From NCBI GenBank assembly GCA_963724765.1, contig CAVRVY010000001.1, positions 1,024,001-1,088,000 on the forward strand: a stretch of DNA of 64,000 nt. The letters run 5' to 3'. Under the pieces are notes generated by a model. It worked only from the letters and a program-made list of their open reading frames with translations, searched no databases and was not told where the DNA came from. Origin of the DNA: an uncultured delta proteobacterium. GTDB taxonomy: Bacteria > Desulfobacterota > Binatia > Binatales > Binataceae. Numbering within the stretch: position 1 is the first letter of the stretch; each line of letters opens with the position of its first letter. A program made the translations under genes and the position numbers. Positions 55,244 to 64,000 of this stretch are shown here, one piece after another.

Positions 55244-55974
55244 AGTGGGGGGTAGTCCGCTTTCCCGGCTCGCTCGACGACGCCGACGCGCTGTGGGCGC
55301 TCGGCCAGGTCATGGGCCAGGAGGCGCGCGCGCTCTGGCACAAGGACGAGGACCTGGCCGGCGTGCAATGCGTGGTGCTTCCGGGCGGCTTCAGCTACGG
55401 CGACTATCTGCGCTGCGGCGCGATTGCGCGTTTCGCGCCGATCATGAAAAGCGTCGTGCGCTTTGCCAATGAAGGCGGCCTGGTGCTGGGAATCTGCAAC
55501 GGTTTCCAGATTCTGTGCGAGGCGCATTTGCTGCCCGGCGCGCTGATGCGCAACCGCTCGCTCTCTTTCATCTGCGAGCGAATCAACGTGCGGGTCGAAA
55601 ACGCAGCCACACCCTTTACCTGCGCCGCGCGCCAGGGCGAGGTGCTGCGCCTGCCGATCAAACATGGCGAAGGGCTCTACGTGGCGCCCGCCGAAGAATT
55701 GCGCACGATGGAAGAGCGCGGCCAGGTACTGTTGCGTTACACCGACGCCGCCGGCCACGAGCGCGACGAAGCGAATCCCAACGGTTCGACCAGGGCGATC
55801 GCCGGCGTCGCCAATGAAACCTTCAACGTCTTCGGCCTGATGCCCCATCCGGAACACGCGGTCGAGGCGGCGCTGGGCGGCGAGGATGGGCTCAAGATTT
55901 TTCGCTCGATCGTGACGAGCGTCGAGCGGACCGCCGCAGCCTCGGGCGCCGCATCTTCCAGAAGCCTGGCATGA
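55240..55974 (+). CDS. purQ: FGAM synthase glutaminase subunit
   Basis: [25 protein letters not shown]. Confidence 0.96.
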   Translation: MKWGVVRFPGSLDDADALWALGQVMGQEARALWHKDEDLAGVQCVVLPGGFSYGDYLRCGAIARFAPIMKSVVRFANEGGLVLGICNGFQILCEAHLLPGALMRNRSLSFICERINVRVENAATPFTCAARQGEVLRLPIKHGEGLYVAPAEELRTMEERGQVLLRYTDAAGHERDEANPNGSTRAIAGVANETFNVFGLMPHPEHAVEAALGGEDGLKIFRSIVTSVERTAAASGAASSRSLA

Positions 55975-58295
55975 GTGCCGGCAAGAGCGCCGAGAGTCCG
56001 GTCGCGCTGGCGGGCGAGCCGGCGGTCGGCCTCGAACAGGCCCGCGCGCACGGACTCAGCGACGACGAGTATCGCGCGGTCGAGCGATGGCTCGGCCGCA
56101 CACCGACTTTCACCGAGCTCGGCGTTTTTTCGGTGATGTGGTCGGAGCACTGTTCGTATAAGTCCTCGCGGCGCCATCTGCGGATGATGCCGAACAAGGG
56201 GCAGCGCGTGGTCGGCGGGCCAGGCGAAAACGCCGGCGCGCTCGAGGTCGGCGATGGATGGGTCGCGGTCTTCAAGATTGAAAGCCACAACCATCCCTCT
56301 TTCGTCGAACCGTACCAGGGCGCCGCGACCGGCGTGGGCGGAATTCTGCGCGACATCTTCACCATGGGCGCGCGGCCGGTCGCCAGCATGGATTCGCTGA
56401 AGTTCGGCGCGTTCGAGCATCCGCGCACGCGCTACCTGCTCGGCGGCGTGGTCGGCGGAATCGGCGGTTATGGCAACTGCGTCGGCGTGCCGACGGTCGG
56501 CGGCGAGGTGATGTTCGACGCGGCCTATAACGGCAATATCCTGGTCAACGCATTCTGCCTCGGGCTTGCGCGGCGCGGCGAATTGCAAAGCGCGCGCGCG
56601 CGGGGCCCGGGCAATGCGGTGATGTACGTCGGCTCGGCGACCGGGCGCGACGGAATCCACGGCGCGAGCCTGCTCGCGTCGGCGGAGTTCGATGCCAGCA
56701 GCGAGACCAAGCGCCCGACGGTGCAGGTCGGCGACCCGTTCACTGAAAAACTGCTGATCGAGGCGTGCCTGGAGGCGATGCAGAGCGGCGCAATCGTCGC
56801 GATTCAGGACATGGGCGCGGCGGGGCTTACCTCGTCGTCGAGCGAGATGGCGGCGCGCGGCGAACTCGGAATCGAACTCGACCTCGACCGTATTCCACTG
56901 CGCGAAGCGGGACTGACACCGTACGAGATTCTGCTCTCGGAGTCGCAGGAGCGGATGTTGCTCGTGGCCGAGCGCGGGCGCGAGGCCGAACTCGCGGCGA
57001 TCTTCGCGCGCTGGGATCTGCACGCGGTGGTGGTCGGAAAAATCACCGAGGACCGGCGCTGGCGGGTGCGATGGCGTGGAAAGCTGGTCGCCGATATTCC
57101 GGCGGTCGCGCTGACCGACGAAGCGCCGGTTTACAATCGCCCCGCTAGCGAGCCGTCGAAGGCGGCGTCCACGCAGAGCGCCGCTTCAAGCGCGGCGTCT
57201 GTTTTAAACGCCGCTTCAAGCGCGGCGTCTTGGCCGCCGCCGGCCGAGGCCCTGCGCCGTCTGCTGGACAGTCCCAACGTCGGCTCCAAGCGGTGGGTCT
57301 ATCGTCAGTACGATTCGATGGTGCAAAGCAACACGATAGCCGGGCCGGGCAGCGATGCCGCCGTGCTCAGGATCAAGGGAACGAACCGCGCGCTCGCGCT
57401 GAAAGTTGATTCCAACCCGCGTGCCTGCGCGCTCGACCCCTACGTTGGCGCGGCGGCGACCGTGGTCGAGGCGGCGCGCAACGTGGCGTGCGCGGGCGCA
57501 CTGCCGATCGGGCTTACGAACTGTCTCAACTACGGCAATCCTGAGCGCCCGGAAATCATGTGGCAGTTCATCCGCGGCGTCGAAGGTATCCGCGACGCCG
57601 CGCTGGCGCTCGAGACGCCGGTGGTCAGCGGCAACGTGAGCTTTTACAACGAGACTGAAGGCCGCGCGATTCCGCCTACGCCCACGATCGCGATGCTCGG
57701 GGTGCTCGAGGACGCCGGGCGGCGCGTCACCCAGTTTTTCAAGCGTCCGGGCGACGCGGTTATCCTGCTGAGGACGGCGGCGGCGACGCTGGCGGCGAGC
57801 GAATATGCGGCCCTTTTCGCGGCTAACGGCGGATCTCTCGCCCCATTGGACCTCCAACGCGAGCGGGCGCTCATCGAGGGGCTGGTTGCCGCCGCCGATC
57901 GAGGGTTGATAAGATCAGCTCACGACGTCGCGGAAGGCGGACTGGCGGTTACGCTAGCGGAGTGCTGCTTCAATCCCGACAACGTCCTGGGCGCTGAGAT
58001 CGACGGGATGCCGGAGAGCGGTGACGTAGAAGTGTTTTTTGGTGAAGGCGCTTCGACCGTGGTGTTGTCGGCCGGCGACGACGAAGTCGAAAAGTTGCGA
58101 GGCGAGACGCTTCGAGGCGAGAAGCTTCAAGGCGAGAAGCTTCAAGGATTGTTCAGCGGAATCGAATTCACCGTGATCGGACGCGTGACTAGCGAGCCGC
58201 GGTTGAGAATTGCAAAAGTTATCGACGAGGACGTGCGCGAGTTGAGGCAAATCCACGAACAGGCGATTGCGCGGAGGCTTGCCGCAAATGGATAA
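55971..58295 (+). CDS. purL: FGAM synthase subunit PurL
   Basis: [35 protein letters not shown]. Confidence 0.97.
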   Translation: MSAGKSAESPVALAGEPAVGLEQARAHGLSDDEYRAVERWLGRTPTFTELGVFSVMWSEHCSYKSSRRHLRMMPNKGQRVVGGPGENAGALEVGDGWVAVFKIESHNHPSFVEPYQGAATGVGGILRDIFTMGARPVASMDSLKFGAFEHPRTRYLLGGVVGGIGGYGNCVGVPTVGGEVMFDAAYNGNILVNAFCLGLARRGELQSARARGPGNAVMYVGSATGRDGIHGASLLASAEFDASSETKRPTVQVGDPFTEKLLIEACLEAMQSGAIVAIQDMGAAGLTSSSSEMAARGELGIELDLDRIPLREAGLTPYEILLSESQERMLLVAERGREAELAAIFARWDLHAVVVGKITEDRRWRVRWRGKLVADIPAVALTDEAPVYNRPASEPSKAASTQSAASSAASVLNAASSAASWPPPAEALRRLLDSPNVGSKRWVYRQYDSMVQSNTIAGPGSDAAVLRIKGTNRALALKVDSNPRACALDPYVGAAATVVEAARNVACAGALPIGLTNCLNYGNPERPEIMWQFIRGVEGIRDAALALETPVVSGNVSFYNETEGRAIPPTPTIAMLGVLEDAGRRVTQFFKRPGDAVILLRTAAATLAASEYAALFAANGGSLAPLDLQRERALIEGLVAAADRGLIRSAHDVAEGGLAVTLAECCFNPDNVLGAEIDGMPESGDVEVFFGEGASTVVLSAGDDEVEKLRGETLRGEKLQGEKLQGLFSGIEFTVIGRVTSEPRLRIAKVIDEDVRELRQIHEQAIARRLAANG

Positions 58296-59787
58296 AGTCC
58301 CGTCGCGAGAACTTTCGCAAAAACACCCGCAAGAGCTCTTCGTGGAAATCTCGCCTGAAGAGTCCAACCTCGACGCTTTCCACGAGGAATGCGGCGTCTT
58401 CGGCGTCTTCGGCCATCCCGAGGCGGCCAATCTCGCCTACCTGGGAATGTATGCGTTGCAGCATCGTGGACAGGAGTCAGCCGGCATCGTCTCGTCCAAC
58501 GGCAAGTCGCTGATCTCGCATCGCGGGATGGGCCTGGTCGCCGACATCTTCAATAGCGACGTGATCAATCGCCTCGAGGGCACCGCCGCGATCGGCCACA
58601 ATCGCTATTCGACCACCGGCTCGACCTCGCTCAAGAACTGCCAGCCGCTGGTGGTCGAGTACGCAGGCGGAGGGTTGGCGCTCGCACACAATGGCAATCT
58701 GGTCAACTTCGCCGAGCTGCGCGCCGGGCTTGAGGCCAACGGCTCGCTGTTCCAGTCGTCTTCGGACAGCGAGGTGATTATCCATCTGATCGCGGGATCG
58801 CACGCGCCCACGCTGGCCGAGCGCGTTGCCGAGGCGCTGGCGCAAGTGCGCGGCGCTTACTCGCTGGTGGTGCTGGCGCAGCGCGAAATGATCGCGGTGC
58901 GCGACCCGTTCGGCTTTCGCCCGCTGGTGCTGGGATCGCTCAACGGCGCGCCGATAGTGGCGTCAGAGACCTGCGCGCTGGACCTGGTGCGCGCCGACTA
59001 CATCCGCGAAATCGAGCCGGGCGAGATGGTGGTGATAAGCGACGACGGGGTGCGCTCGCTGCGTCCGTTCCCCTCCGCCGAGCCCAAGCGATGCATCTTC
59101 GAGTACGTTTACTTCTCGCGTCCCGACAGTTTGCTCTACGGACGCAGCGTTTATCAGGTGCGCAAGCTGCAAGGGCGTGCGCTGGCCCGGCAATGCCCCG
59201 TCGACGCAGATATCGTCGTGCCGGTGCCTGACTCGGGCAACGCCGCCGCGCTCGGCTACGCCGAGCAATCGGGTTTGCCGTTCGAGATGGGGCTGGTGCG
59301 CAGCCACTACGTTGGCCGGACCTTTATCGAGCCGCGCCAGTCGATTCGCCACTTCGGCGTCAAGATAAAATTCAACCCGGTCTCCGAACTGCTCCGCGGC
59401 AAGCGCGTGGTGCTGGTCGAGGATTCGCTGGTGCGTGGCACCACGCTACGCAAGGTGATCCCGATGCTGCGGCAGGCGGGCGCGCGCGAGGTCCATATGC
59501 GGATCGCGGCGCCGCCGACCACCAACTCCTGCTTCTACGGCATCGACACGCCGACCCGCGAGGAGTTGCTCGCCTCGAACCACTCGATCGAGGAGATCCG
59601 CAACTACATCACGGCCGACTCGCTCGATTACCTCAGCTGGGACGGCTTGTACTCATTCCTGGACGGCCCGCGCGAGGGCTTCTGCGACGCCTGCTTCACC
59701 GGCAACTACCCGGTCGAGATTCCGGCCAATCACGGGCCGCATCAGTTACGCCTGTTCGAAGCCGGCGACAACGCGCTCAGCCGCTAA
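58288..59787 (+). CDS. purF: Amidophosphoribosyltransferase
   Basis: [39 protein letters not shown]. Confidence 0.97.
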   Translation: MDKVPSRELSQKHPQELFVEISPEESNLDAFHEECGVFGVFGHPEAANLAYLGMYALQHRGQESAGIVSSNGKSLISHRGMGLVADIFNSDVINRLEGTAAIGHNRYSTTGSTSLKNCQPLVVEYAGGGLALAHNGNLVNFAELRAGLEANGSLFQSSSDSEVIIHLIAGSHAPTLAERVAEALAQVRGAYSLVVLAQREMIAVRDPFGFRPLVLGSLNGAPIVASETCALDLVRADYIREIEPGEMVVISDDGVRSLRPFPSAEPKRCIFEYVYFSRPDSLLYGRSVYQVRKLQGRALARQCPVDADIVVPVPDSGNAAALGYAEQSGLPFEMGLVRSHYVGRTFIEPRQSIRHFGVKIKFNPVSELLRGKRVVLVEDSLVRGTTLRKVIPMLRQAGAREVHMRIAAPPTTNSCFYGIDTPTREELLASNHSIEEIRNYITADSLDYLSWDGLYSFLDGPREGFCDACFTGNYPVEIPANHGPHQLRLFEAGDNALSR

Positions 59788-59942
59788 AGTCTCACGCTTA
59801 CGGGCTATTCGGTCGCGAGGCTGGCGCGAAAGCGCGAGCGGCTCACAAGGCGACCGGAGAGCCACGCCATTCACTACGAAGCATCCGGCGCTTGCGCTAC
59901 GGGGCGGATTTGCCCTATGCGTTTCGCTCGGAAGTCTCGACC

Positions 59943-60209
59943 ATGAGCGCGCGCGTATTCTGCTATTTGGCATCCGGCATCCTGATGCTCACGGCAACCG
60001 GATGCGACCCGGTGGTCAGCGTTGCGGGGGCCAATTTTCCGGACTGGCTTTTGTGCGCGGGCGCGGGCGCGATCCTCGCCGCGCTCTGCCATCCACTGTT
60101 TGTCGCGGCCGGCCTCGAGCGTGAGTTGCGTCCGCTGCCGTTGTTCTATGGCGGCCTGATAGCGATGTTCGCGCTGATCGGATGGGTCGCTTTCTTTAGC
60201 CGGGCCTGA
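59943..60209 (+). CDS. YtcA-family lipoprotein
   Basis: TGCDPVVSVAGANFPDWLLC motif; upstream of a membrane fusion protein gene. Confidence 0.75.
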   Translation: MSARVFCYLASGILMLTATGCDPVVSVAGANFPDWLLCAGAGAILAALCHPLFVAAGLERELRPLPLFYGGLIAMFALIGWVAFFSRA

Positions 60210-60220
60210 GGAAATGGACG

Positions 60221-61327
60221 ATGGCGGCGGCAGGCGGCGGACGATCGAGCGGAAATCTGGCGAGCGGAAATCTGGAGCGCCGGATTACTGCCCGAATCCT
60301 GTTCGTCGCGGTGATCGCCACCGATCTCGTGCTCGGCGCGTATGTTCTGCGCCTCTACTATCTCCATCCGCGCACCGACGACGCTTACGTGCGCGCCAAT
60401 ATCGTCGGGGTCGCGCCGGAGGTGAGCGGCACTATCGTCGGGCTTCCGCTGCGCGACAATCAGCACGTCAAGGCCGGCGACCTGCTGTTCGTCATCGATC
60501 CGCGTCCGTACCAGGCCGAACTCGACCTGGCCGAGGCGCGTCTGGCGCTTACCAATCTGCAGATTGAGGCGCTCGACCGTGCGATCGGCGCCGCCAAGGC
60601 GCGCCAGAAGGTGGCCGAAGCCGACGCGGACTACGAGCGCCAGTATCTCGCGCGCCTCGTGCCGCTCGAAAAGGAGGCGTTCGTCACTGCCAACAAGGTG
60701 GCCGACGTTCGCAGCAAACTTCTCGCCGCGCGCGCGGCGACCGAGCAGACGCGCAACGAGGTCGGTCAGGCCGAAAAGCAACTGGGGCAGGCCGGCGATA
60801 TCAACGCGCGCCGGGCCGAGGCCGAAGCACAAGTCTACAAGGCGAAACTCAACGTCGGCTATTGCCAGGTGCGCGCGCAGTTTGACGGCTACGTCACCAA
60901 TCTGAATACGACTGTCGGCCAGTACGCGAATGCGGGACGCGAGGTGCTGAGTCTGGTCGACAATCGCACCTGGTATGTGATCGCCAATTTCCGCGAGACC
61001 TTCCTTGCGCATATCGCGCCCGGGATGAGCGCCCGCGTCTATCTGCTCGGCTATCCGAACCGGCGCTTTCGCGGCGTGGTCGAGGGCGTCGGCTGGGCTC
61101 TGTACCAGAACAACGGCGCCACCGTCGCGGGCCTTGCCAACGTCGCGCCGACGCTCAACTGGGTGCGCCTGGCGCAGCGCTTTCCGGTGCGCATCACGCT
61201 CAAAGACGACGATCCCAGGTTTCCGTTCCGGATGGGCGCGACAGCGGTCGTGACGATCGACGGCGCGCCGCCGCAAGGCCCGCCTCCGACGCGAAGCCCG
61301 CTTCCAATAGGATCGCAGGCTCGATGA
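60221..61327 (+). CDS. HlyD/MdtN-like membrane fusion protein
   Basis: PRTDDAYV, DNQHVKAGDLLFVIDPRPY, WVRLAQRFPVRI. Confidence 0.92.
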   Translation: MAAAGGGRSSGNLASGNLERRITARILFVAVIATDLVLGAYVLRLYYLHPRTDDAYVRANIVGVAPEVSGTIVGLPLRDNQHVKAGDLLFVIDPRPYQAELDLAEARLALTNLQIEALDRAIGAAKARQKVAEADADYERQYLARLVPLEKEAFVTANKVADVRSKLLAARAATEQTRNEVGQAEKQLGQAGDINARRAEAEAQVYKAKLNVGYCQVRAQFDGYVTNLNTTVGQYANAGREVLSLVDNRTWYVIANFRETFLAHIAPGMSARVYLLGYPNRRFRGVVEGVGWALYQNNGATVAGLANVAPTLNWVRLAQRFPVRITLKDDDPRFPFRMGATAVVTIDGAPPQGPPPTRSPLPIGSQAR

Positions 61328-61346
61328 CCGAGGTTGCGCCGATGCT

Positions 61347-62939
61347 TTATGGGCGGGCCTGCGGCGGAATCGCTCCGGTCGCGTAGGCGACCGCGGCGGC
61401 CGAGATCAGGAGGTCGGCCCGGCTCCCCACCATTGTGTACCTGGCGTCGGCCAGATCGCGCTCGGCCGACAGCAGGTCGACGATCGTCGCGAGCCCGTGA
61501 TTGAACGATCCGAAATTCGAATCGTAGGCGGATTGCGAAGCCGACAGCAGCGCCTGCGCATACTGGTACTTCCTGAGCGCCGTCGTGAAGGCGTAGTAGG
61601 CGCGCCACACCTGGCTCGCGACGTCGAGTTGGTAGCGATAAACCTCGGCACGCGACGCCTCGCGATCGGCCTCGGCCTGCTCGATCGAATTCACATGCTC
61701 GAAGCCGGCAAACGCGTCCCATCGAAGCGCGACGCTGGCGGCGTACTCGGGCGCCATCGCCGTGAACTGCGGCGTGGGCGGGTTCGACAGCCGATAGTTG
61801 AAGGCGTGGCTGCCGTAATAGCCTGAGAGCTCGACGGTCGGATACATCGAGGCGCGCTCCAGGTCGACCGAGGCATCGCGCGAGCGCAGCGCTGCGACCT
61901 TGGCCGCAAGGTCGGGCCGCTCGCGCATCGCAAGGTCGATCAGGCGATCGACCGCGCCGCTGAGCGTGGCGGGAACCGCCTGGCCGCCGAAACTCTCGAT
62001 TTCCGGCAGCGCGTCGACGCGCACGCCGAGCGCGACCGCAAGGTCGGCCTGGGCATCGCTGACCCCGAGTTCCGCATTTTCCAACTCGTAGCGAGACCGC
62101 GCTTCTCGCTGGCGCGCCAACAGGACGTCGGGTTTGGTCGCCAGCCCCGCCGCACGGCTTTTTTCGACCGCACGCCGATCAGTACTCGCCAGACGCACGA
62201 TCGCCTGCGCGGCGACAACATTCGCCCGCTCGGCATCGAGCAGGTAGAAGCTCTTTTCGACGGCGAACACTACCTCCTGAATTTTGCGATTGAAGTGAAG
62301 ATTGGCCGCCATCAACTGTTCGCGCGCCGAGCGGGCGGCTGCGTCGCGGCGGCCGAAATCGGCGAGATCATAGTTGGCCGTGAGCAGGTCGCTGCTGCTC
62401 CAGTTCTTGAGCGTGCCCCAATGTTTCGGGACCTGGTCGACGATCCGCTCGTATCCGTTTTGGCTATCGACACGAACCGTTGGGTAAAAAGGCGCGCGAC
62501 TGATGCCCCACCCGGCCGCAGCCGCGCGCGCCGTCTGCCACGCCTCACGCGTATCGGGATTGCGGCTCAAGGCCAGATCGATCAAGGCCGGAAGATCGTA
62601 TTTCGTCCCCGATGCGGTCGCAGGACTATTGTGGTCGAAGCCGCCGGTCGCGGATTCGAGCGGGGCCTGAAGATTGATTGCCTGCTCGTTCGGGCCGGGC
62701 TGCCATTCATGCTGCACCGCCGCCGGCGCCCATCGAGACGGATTGAGCTCAGGCCGTTCGCCCGACGCGGCGCATCCGACAAGCCCGTCGAGCGCCAACA
62801 ACACGCAGAGGCTCGCGATCAGGCGCGTGTGCGGCCAAACGCAGCGCGCGCGAGCGCAGCGGCGACTGGCGCGGTACGCGGCGAATTCCGAGATACGACG
62901 TCGCAACGGCTTATCCGGTGGCGTCGCCGGGCGCGTCAC
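61347..62939 (-). CDS. TolC/outer-membrane efflux lipoprotein (start uncertain)
   Basis: Lipobox LVGC; LIDLALSRNP, ERPDL and GLATIVDLLSAE outer-membrane efflux repeats. Confidence 0.85.
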   Translation of the reverse strand: MTRPATPPDKPLRRRISEFAAYRASRRCARARCVWPHTRLIASLCVLLALDGLVGCAASGERPELNPSRWAPAAVQHEWQPGPNEQAINLQAPLESATGGFDHNSPATASGTKYDLPALIDLALSRNPDTREAWQTARAAAAGWGISRAPFYPTVRVDSQNGYERIVDQVPKHWGTLKNWSSSDLLTANYDLADFGRRDAAARSAREQLMAANLHFNRKIQEVVFAVEKSFYLLDAERANVVAAQAIVRLASTDRRAVEKSRAAGLATKPDVLLARQREARSRYELENAELGVSDAQADLAVALGVRVDALPEIESFGGQAVPATLSGAVDRLIDLAMRERPDLAAKVAALRSRDASVDLERASMYPTVELSGYYGSHAFNYRLSNPPTPQFTAMAPEYAASVALRWDAFAGFEHVNSIEQAEADREASRAEVYRYQLDVASQVWRAYYAFTTALRKYQYAQALLSASQSAYDSNFGSFNHGLATIVDLLSAERDLADARYTMVGSRADLLISAAAVAYATGAIPPQARP

Positions 62940-62979
62940 GCTCGAAGCCCAAAGTATGCTTTGATTGGCGGCCAGAGAG

Positions 62980-64000
62980 ATGACAGGGAGCGCCAAATGG
63001 AGAGCCCTGTTCGAAGAGCTGGAGTCGGTGCCAGGGCGATGGCGGCGGGCAGCGCGAGTCGGACTGATCACGGCGCTGGGCGCCGGCGCGACTGCCGCGA
63101 TGCAAATCGCGAATCCGCTCGGCTTGACGCTGCTGTTCAGTTTCGCGCTGCCCGAAGCGGCGTTCTCAGCGGCCCAGGGAACCGTCTTTCTATGCTTCGC
63201 GGCCGTGTTCCAGGTGCTCGGGTTGGTATTGGTCGGAGCTTTGGTCGACTCACCCGTCGTCCATATCACCGTCTTCATCCTCCTGTGTTTCTTCACCACC
63301 TACCTGATTTATGCCGTTCCGACTTTGGGGCGGCTTTGGGTCTGGATTCAAGTTCCGGTGGTCACCGCCTTTTACCTGGCGATGTTTCTGCCGGAGCAAC
63401 TGGCATGGGATGAGGCGCAGGCGTTTGCCGGAATGGCAATCGCCGTCGCCGTTCTGCTGCTGTGCAACAGTATCGTGCGGCCGGCCCCGGCCGAGTCGGT
63501 GCTGGCCGATTCGATCGCGACGACGCTCGCTCGCTCGCGCTCGAGACTCGCGCGGCTGATCGAAATTTCGTTGGGTGAGGTCCCGGCTGCCGACGACCAT
63601 CGGGTGGTCTCGCGTCTCGGCTATCATCTCTCGCTGATCGGCCCAATCATCACGTCGGCGAGCAGCGCCGCCGTCTCGGCGGCGCTGCTCGCCGACGTGA
63701 TGATTGCGGAGGCGGTCCGCGGCCAGACGGAACGTCTGGCCGCCGCCGTGCTCGCCAGCCGCAGCGGCAAGCGGACGCCTGTCGCCGCGGCTGGCGAACT
63801 ACGCGCGCTCGCGACGGCGATCGACCGCCGCCTCGAGTGCCGCGCCTCGGGTCTGCTGCGGGGTCGCGCCGGGCGCGCCGCAGGCGCGCCCGGCGCGACC
63901 CCGCAGCCGCAGCCGGCGCCGGCGGATAGCGGCGACGGCGGCGACGGCGACCTCGCCGCGCGGATCGCGCGCCTTTGCGCGGAGGCCCCCGAGCTGGCGG
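62980..64000 (+). CDS. FUSC/MdtO-like inner-membrane efflux protein, truncated by the window end (not in ORF track)
   Basis: Open frame from ATG 62980: MTGSAKWRALFEELESVPGRWRRAARVGL followed by several transmembrane helices. Confidence 0.7.
   Translation, partial: MTGSAKWRALFEELESVPGRWRRAARVGLITALGAGATAAMQIANPLGLTLLFSFALPEAAFSAAQGTVFLCFAAVFQVLGLVLVGALVDSPVVHITVFILLCFFTTYLIYAVPTLGRLWVWIQVPVVTAFYLAMFLPEQLAWDEAQAFAGMAIAVAVLLLCNSIVRPAPAESVLADSIATTLARSRSRLARLIEISLGEVPAADDHRVVSRLGYHLSLIGPIITSASSAAVSAALLADVMIAEAVRGQTERLAAAVLASRSGKRTPVAAAGELRALATAIDRRLECRASGLLRGRAGRAAGAPGATPQPQPAPADSGDGGDGDLAARIARLCAEAPELA

Noticed and set aside
55240-55300. PurQ motif FPGSLDD instead of FPGSNCD
   Set aside because: Catalytic Cys-His-Glu residues are intact, and I recall similar variants in other bacteria; not evidence of novelty.
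62940-63299. N-terminal extension of the 650-aa TolC ORF
   Set aside because: It overlaps the FUSC-like gene on the opposite strand, and the lipobox lies far downstream, so the true start is later.

Overview
High-GC bacterial chromosomal segment. Gene order and content fit a deltaproteobacteria-like lineage such as Ca. Binatota (inference). Most of the window is housekeeping: persulfide dioxygenase-rhodanese, a hydantoinase/oxoprolinase A/B operon, maf-yggS-proC-yggT-DUF167, a TPR-lytic transglycosylase, amgK/murU-like genes, an ABC-F ATPase, carbonic anhydrase, SDR/acyl-CoA dehydrogenase/MaoC genes, GH57, acs, the rimP-nusA-ylxR-infB-ylxP-rbfA-truB-rpsO-pnp-M16-dut superoperon, purBCSQLF and a rearranged ytcA/mdtNOP-like efflux locus. 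There are two intact-looking mobile elements. One is an IS630 inserted into a TAG stop codon. The other is a 2455-bp IS1-family transposon with passenger genes, an 8-bp target duplication and a repeated palindromic operator-like site. The most unusual feature is a lower-GC non-coding tract (about 16720-17280, minus strand). It holds two tandem tRNA-like cloverleaves with normal acceptor, D and T arms but non-canonical anticodon arms. A hairpin-rich region precedes them, and the tract lies divergent from a DUF429-like nuclease plus HAD phosphatase pair. Short, locus-unique tandem duplications recur throughout, especially at start and stop codons. Three genes are disrupted (two by +1 frameshifts, one by an apparent internal deletion). 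No CRISPR array or rRNA was seen.
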